Below, piece by piece: positions 13,481 through 26,379 of a DNA stretch of 64,000 bases (its first letter is position 1; each line of letters begins with the position of its first letter). The notes beneath the pieces are model-generated. The model worked only from the letters and a program-made list of their open reading frames with translations, did not search any database and was not told the DNA's origin. The translations under genes and the position numbers were made by a program. The DNA is taken from positions 6,324,001-6,388,000 of the forward strand of contig CDRNST010000056.1 in NCBI GenBank assembly GCA_977016875.1, in the 5' to 3' direction. The stretch comes from Pavona decussata (Eukaryota).

Positions 13481-16400
13481 CCTTTACAACAGACGTGTAA
13501 GAGCTACTCTGAACACACACAAAAAGAACGATTGGTTTTACACTGGTTCATTAACAATCTGATTGGTCGTTGCTAGGTGATAATCAAATAAGGTCAATTA
13601 ATGTCTGTCACTAAAATGTTCATTGTCCCTTTATGTCTAGACTTATTACAAACAACTGTCACCCACGGACACGAAATCATTAAGTTTCCGACACCATGCC
13701 AGTGGCTACAAACCAAATATTTTTAGTGCTCTTTTAATAAGGTTTTATGTTTGCCTTGGCTTTTTAGAAAACTTTGTAACTGCACACTAAGCATTCCAGT
13801 TTTGCCATTATTTTTGTTTGCTCTTTTTTAACAGGGAGAAATGTGTGAATTAGTTTTGGTGAAAAGAAAAAAAACTACGTGTAAAATTTTCAAAGTGAGA
13901 AGCCGTATAAAAGTGGATTTAGTCGTCACATTATTGTCAAAATGTGTAAACACATTGAGTCTGCTGAGTGGGTGGCGGGGGGGGGGGGGGGGAAAGTGGG
14001 GCACAATGACCAAATTGTTAAGCCCATCAGGCTTCTTGTTGGGAAATTCTAAGTGCAGTGTATTCTGAGAAAGGAGTCATGCACAAGTTGTACTTGTGGA
14101 TAAGCTGTACCCAAATTTTGAACGGTTATCTTGCAAAATTCAAACTGAAGTTTTAAACATGGTTGTAGAAACTTAAGCAGTTCTTTAAACTACTTATTTA
14201 TTTTATTTATTTATTTATTTATTTATTCATCACAACATACAATCATAGAAAGTCACAGTGAATAATAAACTAGGATCTTACATAAGTTTAGAGTGAATTA
14301 TAATAGTAAAGACAACGGCAGCAACAGCAGCAGCGTCAACAAAACCAGCTGACACTGGAGCGGCATCACAAAGGATACCATCTTCGTCACCAGAAACAAC
14401 ACTGCCACTACCACCACTACCATTTCCTTTTCAGTTACCTGACGTACCTTCTTCCACCGTCACACCCACGACCATTCAGACCCTTTTCCAGCAAAAATCT
14501 TTTACCAACCAAGTTTTACTTAACATTTTAAAAAACCAGACACAAGTCATTAATAGTATTAACCAAATTAACACATTTTTAACCATGGGCTCAGAAAACA
14601 CCCACGGCGCCCTAAGATAATCGGTAATATTTTATATAATTAATCCTTATTTTGGGAGTTAAGTGGACTTTGCTGAACATTAAAGGATACAACAATTGTT
14701 TTGTTATGATCAAAAGAAAGTGTACTATTGTACATGTAAACATGTCCTGAAGTAACATGTTGTAAATTACTAAACAAAAGGTGGTGTATCATTAATGTAA
14801 TTACAGTTGTATGCAAGTGTTACCTTGCTGGTCTGCTGTACAAACTGAAACATATGAAGTGGGACCTACCTGGACAAACAGGCTTGTCTTGTGACTGCAC
14901 TTTGTACTTGTTCTCATCTGCACGGCATGTAAGATGTACAAGATCTTCAGTCTCAGATCTTTTTCTTTTTACAGATTAGCGCCTGTCAATTTCAACTAAA
15001 TCAGCACTGCACTCCTTATCTAAAGCTTGAGAAAAACTCCATGTGTTTTCACTAAACAGAGTAACAAAGTCCAGTGTCTTTCTTGGGGTATCATTAATAA
15101 CAAACTCTTTATTATTTTCCAGACGTTTCAAACTTTTTTCCGTAACTGTGACACCACCTTAAATAGTGTCTCTTTCAGAGATAAATTTCTTGCCAATTAA
15201 GTCCTCACTCAACACAACACAATGCTGCCTGACAGTAATGCCACCCAAGGACAATGGATTAGAGCCTCATGGCTCATTTCCCTGCTTAATTTCACAAGGA
15301 GCATATTTCCCTTCCTCTGCCTGACTTGTGGTAGGTGCAATTTAATAACAGGAGGGTGAGGTGACATCATCAACTGATATGCTTGTATCAAGTAAATTTT
15401 CCAGCTGGGATTCTGTTAAAGACCAGTTCATCTGTTTAGCAGTCCTTCCAGGTGTAATATTTGGCAGTGCCTTTTCACGTTCAGTCTCTTCACTATTCTC
15501 ACTAGATGGAACAACATTAATGACCGGAGAGTTCTCAACAAGAGATAGCCTTTCATGAAGAATTGAGCATGACTCATCACTGTTTGTTTACAATTGTGAA
15601 GAATACCTTGATGATGTACGGTGCTCTTCGGGAACTAGTCCTTTTAAAGACTGGGTCATTACCATGCTCACTTAAGATGAAGAAACATAATCAACACTTA
15701 CCATGGCAATGACACTTTTCTCTGGTGGTGGAGTGAATTTCGAATTACCATAATAACTCCCCTTTTCCTTGATCACATGTTCTAGAAAATGTGATGGAAC
15801 TAAACCTTTGAATACTTCACCCCGACTTAATGACTGGTATAATTTTTGATGGTTGACCACCATCATTTGACATTTTTAATCTCTTCTGGTTCACGTATCA
15901 GTATTCACTTTTACAACAGGCCCGATAGAGCTACTCTGAACACACACAAACAGACTGCTTGGTTTTACACTGTTTCATTAACAATCTGATTGGTCATTGG
16001 AACAGTACCGCCTGAATCCATATGCACATTGGCACGCGTGAACCGCAAGGGCAGAACGCGTGAAGGCCCGCGCGGTTCACGAGACGAAACCTAGGTTGAA
16101 TATTTCCACTTCCAATTTCAATTTCAGCCAAATCCTCTTCAGTTGGATAACTAACACAAGCTAAGCTTGTTTCTCACTTGACTCAGTTGCTCCAATGGAA
16201 CCAGTCACTACTTTCTCTACAGTGTTGTGATGATATGCAGCTGATCTAGATCTCATTCTAGGAGAATTTAAACAGTGCTCTTTTAGCAGAACGAGGCTGC
16301 GGCACCAACCAAAATGGCCTGATATAGTTTTCAAAAGCCAGTGTCAACTTTTAACCCTTTCGAGTGTTAACCATTGTTGAGAACTTAGCCCTGTCCACTA

Positions 16401-16586
16401 GGGTTTCTTCCTGAACTTATAACTAAGACAATCAGTAGAGTCCATTGTACCACTCCTTTTTAATCTCTTCTGGTTCACGTATCAGTATTCACTTTTACAA
16501 CAGGCCCGATAGTGCTACTCTGAACACACACAAACAGACTGCTTGCTTTTACACTGTTTCATTAACAATCTGATTGGTCATTGCAA

Positions 16587-18091
16587 CAGTACCGCCTGAA
16601 TCCATATGCACATTGGCACGCGTGAACCGCAAGGGCAGAACGCGTGAAGGCCCGCGCGGTTCACGAGACGAAACCTAGGTTGAACATTTCCGGCGGTCAA
16701 AAGGACGAGGCCCAAACACAATAGCATCTTATTGCCTATTGTGAGTTTATTGTTTTGCGTTGAATAGATTTTTTTCTCAAGTAAGCCGCATGAAACATGA
16801 AACGCCGGCTTGAAATGCAGCTGGTCTTTGTAATCGTCGCGTAGGAGACTAATCTTGGACTGCTTTAGGTGCATGGATTTTCACCATCGCGTAATTCAAC
16901 GTACACAAGCCATCCATGCATTTTCTCTAGCCGTTTAAATTCAAGCGGAATTTCCTTAAACAGATCCGGGAAACAGATCGAGCGCGCGATTTGCTTTCCT
17001 ACGATGAATGTTACGTGACCCGCGCGAAATGCGTTACCCGTAATATAATTTAATGGTGACTTCCTCAAGTTCTTCTCGAAATGTTTCAAGTTATATCAAA
17101 ATTTAAAGGAATTCATTACCTTTAAATAAAGAAATATTCTTCCTTTCTTTCAAAAAAAAAATTATCAATGGTTTATTATTTACGTTAATGCGATGCGCTT
17201 TATGTCAGTTTCGAAAAGTAAGCGTCATCTTGTCGGCTTTTGCACGGTGCAAGCGATGTTGTAATTTGCTTCTAATCCATGCTTATGTGTATTTACTTAT
17301 CTTAGCGGCCGAAAAAAATATTTCTGTGTGTACTTTTCTAGTATGAAGAGACTGACGTTTTTACTCGGAAATTCCGACACATGAAAATCGAAAATATGCA
17401 AATCATTCCCATTGAACCTTTTCAATTGCGGCAGGCCGTGCCGTCACAGCTGTTCGTTTGTAGTTTTGCTGACGATAAAGGAAATTATTACGCTTGAATA
17501 CTGCACAAACGCTATTTGACGCTCGGCAAACAAAAAAAAGTTTCATTCGTGGAAAACAAACGAAAACATTACGTATGCAAATTGCGAACGAAATTAATCG
17601 AAGCGTGACAACACTGACAACGCTTCATTCGCCATTTTCGATCAATTCCTTTCAAAAATTTCGAGTTCTGCTGGGATACTTTGATAGCAGATTTACTGAG
17701 CAATAAATAATAAGTTATACGTGAAAAAGTCGAATTTTAACTTCAAAGTCCTTCGTATTGACGTACGCTTTGATCTCAAGTGACAGTAGCTCAAGCCGTG
17801 AGCGATGCATCGATGAGATCGCGAGAGGTGGATGTGGTTTCCATGAAAATCTCTTGGGTAAATGCGACCTGATAACTAACAATGAAACACAAACAAAGAG
17901 CAAACAAAGGCAATTAGGAGCACGAAGACACGGCCATTGAAGAACGCGTGATTCCTTAGGTTTCGTCTCGGTTTCGTCTCGTGCTTCGTTCCTTCCTCTC
18001 GAGGTGGACGCAAGGGCAAAACGCGTGTACTGCCCTTGCGTCCACCTCGTGAAACCCGCGGCTGATGTACATATGGATTCAGGCGGTACTG
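16587..18091. mobile_element. Non-autonomous Tc1/mariner-pogo type element (1.5 kb)
   Basis: TIR CAGTACCGCCTGAATCCATATG / CATATGGATTCAGGCGGTACTG; inserted at the TA that is empty in copies 1 (13574) and 3 (20855); right TA intact, left reads AA. Confidence 0.92.
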
Positions 18092-21000
18092 TACGTGATA
18101 ATCAAAAAATGTCAATTAATGTAGGTCACTAAAATGTTTATTGTCTCTTATTGTCTAGACTTATTATAAACAACTGTCATGCAGAGACACGAAGTCATTA
18201 AGTCTCCGACACCATGCCAGTGGCTACAAATCAAATATTTTTAGTGCTCTTTTAATAAGGTTTTATGTTTAAGTCTTGGTTTTTTAGAAAAGTTTGTACC
18301 TTCACACTAAGCATTCCAGTTTTGCCATTATTTTTGTTTGCTCTTTTTTAACAGGGAGAAATGTTTGAATTAGTTTTGGTGAAACAAAAAAAAAACTACG
18401 TGTAAAATTTTCAAAATGAGAAGCTGTATAGAAGTGGATTTAGTCATCACATTATTGTCAAAATGTGTGAACATTGAGTCTGCTGAGGGGGGTGGGGTGG
18501 GGCACAATGACCCAGTTATTAAGCCCATAAGGCTTCTGGTTGGGAAATTCTGAGTACAGTCTATTCTGAGAAAGGATTCATGCACAAGTTGTACTTGTGG
18601 ATAAGCTGTAACCCAAATTTGAACGGTTACATTGCAAAACATTCAAAATGACCTTTTAAATATGGTTGTAGAAACTTAGGCAGTTCTTTAAATTATTTAT
18701 TTATTTTATTTATTTATTTATTCACCACAACATACAATCATAGAAACTTACAGTGAATAATAAACTAGGATCTTACATAAGTTTAGAGTGAATAATAATA
18801 GTAAAGACAACGGCAGCAACAGCAGCAGCGTCAACAACACCAGCTGACACTGGAGCGGCATCACCAGAGATACCATCTTCCTCACCAGAAACAACACTGC
18901 CACTACCACCACTACCATTTCCTTTTCAGTTACCTGACGTACCTTCTTCCACCGTCACACCCACGACCATTCAGACCCTTTTCCAGCAAAAGTCTTTTAC
19001 CAACCAAGTTTTACTTAACATTTTAAAAAACCAGACACAAATCATTACTAGTATTAATCAAATTAACACATTTTTAACCATGGGCTCAGAAAACACCCAC
19101 GGCGCCCTAAGATAATCGGTAATATTTTATATAATTAATCCTTATTTTGGGAGTTAAGTGGACTTTGCTGAACATTAAAGGATACAACAATTGTTTTGTT
19201 ATGATCAAAAGAAAGTGTACTATTGTACATGTAAACATGTCCTGAAGTAACATGTTGTAAATTACTAAACAAAAGGTGGTGTATCATTAATGTAATTACA
19301 GTTGTATGCAAGTGTTACCTTGCTGGTCTGCTGTACAAACTGAAACATATGAAGTGGGACCTACCTGGACAAACAGGCTTGTCTTGTGACTGCACTTTGT
19401 ACTTGTTCTCATCTGCACGGCATGTAAGATGTACAAGATCTTCAGTCTCAGATCTTTTTCTTTTTACAGATTAGCGCCTGTCAATTTCAACTAAATCAGC
19501 ACTGCACTCCTTATCTAAAGCTTGAGAAAAACTCCATGTGTTTTCACTAAACAGAGTATCAAAGTCCAGTGTCTTTCTTGGGGTATCATTAATGACAAAC
19601 TCTTTATTATTTTCCAGACGTTTCAAACTTTTTTCCGTAACTGTGACACCACCTTAAATAGTGTCTCTTTCAGAGATAAATTTCTTGCCAATTAAGTCCT
19701 CACTCAACACAACACAATGCTGCCTGACAGTAATGCCACCCAAGGACAATGAATTAGAGCCCCATGGCTCATTTCCCTGCTTAATTTCACAAGGAGTATA
19801 TTTCCCTTCCTCTGCCTGACTTGTGGTAGGTGCAATTTAATAACAGGAGGGTGAGGTGACATCATCAACTGATATGCTTGTATCAAGTAAATTTTCCAGC
19901 TGGGATTCTGTTAAAGACCAGTTCATCTGTTTAGCATTCCTTCCAGGTGTAATATTTGGCAGTGCCTTTTCACGTTCAGTCTCTTCACTATTCTCACTAG
20001 ATGGAACAACATTAATGACCGGAGAGTTCTCAACAAGAGATAGCCTTTCATGAAGAATTGAGCATGACTCATCACTGTTTGTTTTCAATTGTGAAGAATA
20101 CCGTGATGATGTACAGTGCTGTTCGGGAACTAGTCCTTTTAAAGGCTGGGTCATTACCATGCTCATTTAAGATGAAGAAACATAATCAACACTTACCATG
20201 GCAATGACACTTTTCTCTGGTGGTGGAGTGAATTTCGAATTACCATAATAACTCCCCTTTTCCTTGATCACATGTTCTAGAAAATGTGATGGAACTAAAC
20301 CTTTGAATACTTCACCCCGACTTAATGACTGGTATAATTTTTGATGGTTGACCACCATCATTTGACATACTAAAACCACTTCCAATTTCAATTTCAGCCA
20401 AATCCTCTTCAGTTGGATAACTAACACAAGCTAAGCTTGTTTCTCACTTGACTCAGTTGCTCCAATGGAACCAGTCACTACTTTCTCTCCAGTGTTGTCA
20501 TGATATGCAGCTGATCTAGATCTCATTCTAGGAGAATTTAAACAGTGCTCTTTTAGCGGAACAAGGCTGCGGCACCAACCAAAATGGCCTGATATAGTTT
20601 TTAAAAGCCAGTGTCAACTTTTAACCCTTTCGAATGTTAACCATTGTTGAGAACTTAGCCCTGTCCACTAGGGTTTCTTCCTGAACTTATAACTAAGACA
20701 ATCAGTAGAGTCCATTGTACCACTCCTTTTTAATCTCTTCTGGTTCACGTATCAGTATTCACTTTTACAACAGGCCTGATAGAGCTACTCTGAACACACA
20801 CAAAAAGAACGATTGGTTTTACACTGGTTCATTAAGAATCTGATTGGTCGTTGCTAGGTGATAATCAAAAAAGGTCAATCAATGTAGGTCACTAAAATGT
20901 TCATTGTCTCTTATTGTCTAGACTTATTACAAACAACTGTCACGCACAGACACGAAGTCATTAAGTCTCCGACACCATGCCAGTGGCTACAAACCAAATA

Positions 21001-22109
21001 TTTTTAGTGCTCTTTTAATAAGGTTTTATGTTTAAGTCTTGGTTTTTTAGTAAAGTTTGTACCTTCACACTAAGCATTCCAGTTTTGCCATTATTGTTGT
21101 TTGCTCTTTTTTAACAGGGAGAAATGTTTGAATTAGTTTTGGTGAAACAAAAAAACTACAGGTAATTTTTTCAAAGTGAGAAGCTGTATAAAAGTGGATT
21201 TAGTCGTCAAATTATTGTCAAAATGTGTGAACATTGAGTCTGCTGAGTGGGGGTGGAGTGGGGCACAATGACCCAATTATTAAGCCCATAAGGCTTCTTG
21301 TTGGGACATTCTGAGTACAGTGTATTCTGAGAAAGGATTCATGCACAAGTTGTACTTGTGGATAGACTGTACCCAAAATGTGAAAGGTTACATTGCAAAA
21401 AAAAATTCAAAATGAAGTTTTAAAGATGGTTGTAGAAACTTAAGGAGTTCTTTAAAATAAACAATCATGTGAATCCTAATAATAATAGTAAAGACAATAT
21501 TTAATGAAGGTAACACCAGAAAAGCTAACAAAGGTTAATTAGGGTGGCCATCGATAAATATAAAATGCAGAATTAAATAAGAAATTTAAGAGTGAAAAAT
21601 CAAGTGATAAGGTAATCGAACAGGTTTAAAATTATGTAAAAAAAGGAAAAAAACCTAAAAATTATCCCGGACTTAATTTTTTTGAACTTGTCTAGACTAA
21701 AGTCCTGTTACAAGAGAACAACTTTATTTTAAATGGAATGATTATTATTTCCCATTTTTTTTTAAAAGCATTGAAAAGTACATCAAAGTAAAAGTACATG
21801 TAATGACTCCTTTCATAATAATTCTCGGAAGATACACATATTTAAGATTAACGTGATGCATGTATAATTCTGATTTCACAGAATCTCCAATAAAACTCGG
21901 GTTAAATTATCTTACTCTTTTCCCCTAAATTTTCTCTTGGTTCTAAAAATGATTAAACGTCTTTAAGGCTCTACTGTACAAATTCTGATTGGAAGGTGGT
22001 GGCAGAAGACAAACAGTTTGGTAAATATCTAAAAGCAAAGAAAAATTAAACTGGCTGAATTGAAAACATGTTTTATCCACAACACACACATTACTCAATT
22101 ACTAAGTAC

Positions 22110-22403
22110 CATTTTGTCTGGAAGTTCATCCAGTTGCTTTTCCATTTCTTCGGGAATAAAAACATTGTCATTGTTCTCTAGTAAGACATTTTGTATTTTC
22201 TTAAAACTGAGAACATTAGCATCAGACTGTAAATCTTCATCATGGAGTAACGTCTTCATTTGCGATAACCTCCAGAGTTCCTGTAGTCTGGCCTGTAAGG
22301 GAGGATAGGTGAAACTGTCTATGATGTCGCTCCCAAACTGTGTGTTTTTCTCACCACCAGCAAATTTGAACTGGTCTATCTTGACCAGAAACTCTACACC
22401 ATC
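22110..22403 (-). pseudogene. Open exon DGVEFLVKIDQFKFAGGEKNTQFG...FIPEEMEKQLDELP; tentatively the C-terminal end of a TPP1/ACD-like OB fold
   Basis: Stop-free frame between acceptor TTTAG (22404) and donor GTAC (~22109); the family resemblance is by eye only. Confidence 0.3.
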
Positions 22404-24559
22404 CTAAATATCAAGTATATCAACTGTTCATTTTGGAGGGTTTGTCTCTAGAGAAGTGTACACTGTAAGTGGTTAATTTGTTCTTGAAGTCAACATTGCT
22501 CAAAATCAGCTCTGTGTTTTACATACAAACAGGAAAGTGTAGTTATTAGTTGTAATTCCAGGTAAATTTAAAAACATTAGCTCAAAAATTTACAGAACAC
22601 TTAACAAAAATAACCAACTAATCATTCATGTTTTGATTAGGTTTTTTCAGCTTTTAAATATAAAATTATGTAATGAGCTAATCGTTAAATAATAGAGCAC
22701 GCAGTATCTTGGAAAATGCTGGGTTCTAATTTCAGTATAGATCGTCATAAATACATATGCACATCTCATATCTTACTTCAAGAGCTTATATTTATGATTA
22801 CACTCCTTCCTGTCCTACAGTTGAACCAATGGAAACAAGCTATTCCAGTGTAAGCCAGAGGTAGTACATGTAGGTGGGTGCCACGGGTACAAAGGATGGA
22901 GGAGGATTGATAGAGTGTATCATAATTACTACATGTACACTTCAGAATGGAAAATGTTCCGTTTTTGATGAAAAGTTAGCTTTACAGTACCAGTCAAATG
23001 TAAGTTGACAGTCAATCAAAACTTGAATGGCACTACTCCATACAATTCCTTATACTACAAGTTAATGAATTACAAAGCTAATTTATGCAAAAGGTTAATT
23101 ATTAACTTCATGTTCATCACCGGAAAAAAACACCACTGTTGCGCCTAGAATTTAATTTATCCCTAAGGAGTTTGCACAGAATTATTTCAGTGTGTTACAT
23201 AAACATTTACATACGGCTGCGTCGGTATATAAGCTAATGTTTTCCAGCTAGGTTATTTTCTTTCTGTCTCAAGTTTGTATTGCGTCATGTTCCGCGAGCA
23301 GGCATATTTCTCAGCTGGGAAGCGTTCTTCGCATTTCATTTTTATTTTCAAGTTTTTTATGGCCACAGTTTAATAAGTATTTCTCTTAGTTGTTTGCTTG
23401 TATATTTCGGTTTGTTTACTTCGCGTAGTTCTTGTTGTTTTGTTTCAGTTTGTTATTTATAATTCCCGTTTTATTTTATTTCAGTTGAATCACTCACTAG
23501 CACACTTGTTTTGGGTTATACGTTATCTTCGTATTTCGCCTTTTACTTCTTCATTAAAACGTTGGAGGTGCATTCAAACTGTGGCATTTTATTTTTGTGT
23601 TCGTGGCGGCGGCAGCGGTTTCGGCCAACCACAACCGCCAATACCACCACCACCACTACCATTTTCTTTTCAGTTACCTGACGTACCTTTTTCCACCATC
23701 ACACCCACGACCATCAAGACCCTTTTTTAGCAGAAGTCTTTTACCAACCAAGTTTCACTTAACATTTTAAAAAACACATATCATTAATAGTATTAACCAA
23801 ATTAACACATTTTTAACCATGGGATCTGAGCTCCAGGGATAGGGATTTGGGGGGGGGGGGGGGGGGAGGATTAGTAGGGAGAGTTTCACACAAGGAAGGG
23901 GAAGGGAGAGGGTTCTTTAAATTTTGGGGGGGAGGGAATATTAGGTGGTCCTTTTCATTTAGGCACTGGGAATAGCTGCAGTTTGGGGGAGATACCTGTC
24001 AATTCGGGGGGGTTTACTTCAGGGACAAATGGAGCTGGGGAAATGGGGAAGCAGAATGTAAGTGTTTCTAGGGGGGTGGAGCGAGGTCTGGTTGGCACTG
24101 GTTGGGTGGGTACAGCAGGGAGGAAAGGTCTCGCTGGGGGTGCGTAGGACGTGTCTTGCTGTATTCTGGATGATGATGATCTTAGCGAAGCCTGCTTTGA
24201 TTTACATATGGGGGGGTTGTCAACAACTTTGGGAAATGCAATGGCCACTGGGGGGATGGGAAGGGGAGCTTCTAATTTTAGTTTGGGTAGGGCAGCTAGT
24301 GAGGACATGGGGGAGGGCCTAAATGTTGGATTGGTGGGAGGGAGCAGGGAGGGCACTTTAGGGGGGCAAAAATAGGGATGGGAAGGGGAGGAACCTACAA
24401 AGGGGCAACTTTTCTCAAGGACAAAATCCGGGAAATATTTTTCTGTCCTCCAACTTAGAAAGTTTTTTTTTTTCAATGGATCAACGTATTGGGTGTATAT
24501 GGAGGGAGGCTGGATAAACTGGCACTGGACAGGGGTCTTTTGGAGAGGGTAAAGGGAAT

Positions 24560-24980
24560 TTATTTTTACGTGTATAAGGGTTTAAATGGACTAGTTGAGC
24601 ATGATATGAACTTTAGAAGACAGCAAGAGCAACATGATTATAATACCAGAACTAAGCTGAATCTCAGACTCCCAAGTGTCACGAGGAATTGGGGCAAACA
24701 ACGGACTACATCTCATGCCATCAAGGATTTTAACTCGCTTAGCCAGGCAATCAGACAATCCGTGAATCTGAATATTTTTAAAGGTAATCTTTTTAAATTT
24801 GTAATTTAAATGAATTTTAATTCCTATCTTGTACATTTTAATAGTTTTTACATATTTAAGATTTTTAATGTCTTTGTGAATTGTGTGTATTTTTGTATTT
24901 TTTAGATTATTTTTGAAAACCATATTTTATATCAAAAAGTCATCTTAATAAAGATTATTATGTTATTTTATTTTATTATT
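24560..24980 (+). mobile_element. 3' end of an L2/CR1-group LINE
   Basis: VYKGLNGL...HDYNTR..NLRLP......GKQR....AIK.FNSL...IR......FK..L, followed by AATAAA and a (TTA/TTTTA)n tail. Confidence 0.8.
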
Positions 24981-25659
24981 TTTAAACATGCCCGAATTTA
25001 CTGGCAGTGATCGCTTTGAACAAACACAGAGTGTCTTGAAATTTTACGTGCGTGTTTGCACGAACGCAAAAAAATGAAAGATTTTTGCCGCTAATAGCAA
25101 ATGTATTGCTTATTTCAATAAAATGTTCTGCTGGAAACGCTTTTTGTTGATTTTTGTGTCTTTGTCAATTCATATATACATCTGAGAAGCGACAGATGAG
25201 TAAACAAAGACAATTTGCATAAGCGGGTCGAAATTTGATACGCCAAAGGTCTTTATCAAAATGCCATGACTTTTAGAAATTTTTCCGCTCAAGTGTGTTT
25301 TTCGAAAAATGAGGTAACCATATTTTACGTCAGAAAATATTTGCTTAATCATTCTAGTTTAATATGCAGTTAATTTTGGAAGCCAACAATATTTCTTTAT
25401 CTACTGCTCATTTTGGTGAATTTTAATGGTGTTGGAAGAATTCAATTTCTGCAAAACCAAGAGAATTGTAGAATTGAAATGTTCAAACTCCACTGTGGCA
25501 ATCACTTCACGGGAAAAACAACTACAAATATGTAGTTTGGAAAGTTGAAGATGTTTATGGCCGCTATCTGAGAGACGGTGAGCCAGTGAACGCATCTGTA
25601 GGGCTTGAGTCTTGCCCTATTTCTAAACAAAGCTATTCAAAGTGCAACGAGCAATGTAT

Positions 25660-25926
25660 GTAAAAACTGGAAGGAAAAACTGTTGCACTTGGCTCTGATG
25701 GAGCAAATGTAATGGTTGGAGAAGTGGGTGGAGTTTATACTTTGGTTAAGAGATATCCCTCACCTGATCAAGGTGCATTGACAAGGCTTTTAAAGAGTTG
25801 GAAGAAGCCAAGGGTATGCTTCAAGGCACATGGAAGCATTACCATTACTCCCCCAAGGCTGTTCGTGAGTTGAAAGAGTTGGCAGAAACTATGCAGGTCA
25901 GGGCCTACAAGGCCGTAAAGGCAGAT
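25660..25926 (+). pseudogene. hAT transposase fragment (ZNF862-like)
   Basis: GSDGANVMVG..GGV, IPHLIKVH(C), WKHYHYSPKAVRELKELA. Confidence 0.75.
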
Positions 25927-26379
25927 TTTTTTTTATTTAACATTACTCTACATATAATAGTAGTAAATGGGTTACATATGTGATAGTTAGCGCCCAGACC
26001 CCTAAGCGGGTGTAAATCCCACATAGGCCCTTGTGGTCAGAGAATCAAATGAGAACGCACATGGTCAACATGTTTGTGTGTTGAGAGGTATATTTTGCCG
26101 TTTCTTGGAACAAAACCAGCCCTCCAAGACTCTGTCGAGGACGAGAGTTACAAAATTGGTGGTCTGTGAGAGGCAATCCCGAAGTAGATCCTGACTTTAC
26201 GTAGGAATGTTCACCAGGTGTCATCGAGTAAGTTGTTTATAGTTTCAATCGAGCGGATGTAGCACTGACAGAAAGTCCCGTTGGAGGGCTAACTTAAACT
26301 GGAAATTTAATTTCAAGGCGATAAACTGTCAATTACTGTGATGCTATCGAGGTAAGAAACCTAAAACTTCTAGAATTGA

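Larger units (their letters stand above)
11429..21497. repeat. Tandem triplication of a ~2.7-2.9 kb unit (11429-14315, 14316-18810, 18811-21497)
   Basis: Colinear, highly similar copies with identical junctions AGTAAAGACAA|CGGCAGCAACAGC; the same minus-strand ORF fragments recur three times. A further ~200 bp partial copy lies at ~23630-23826. Confidence 0.95.
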
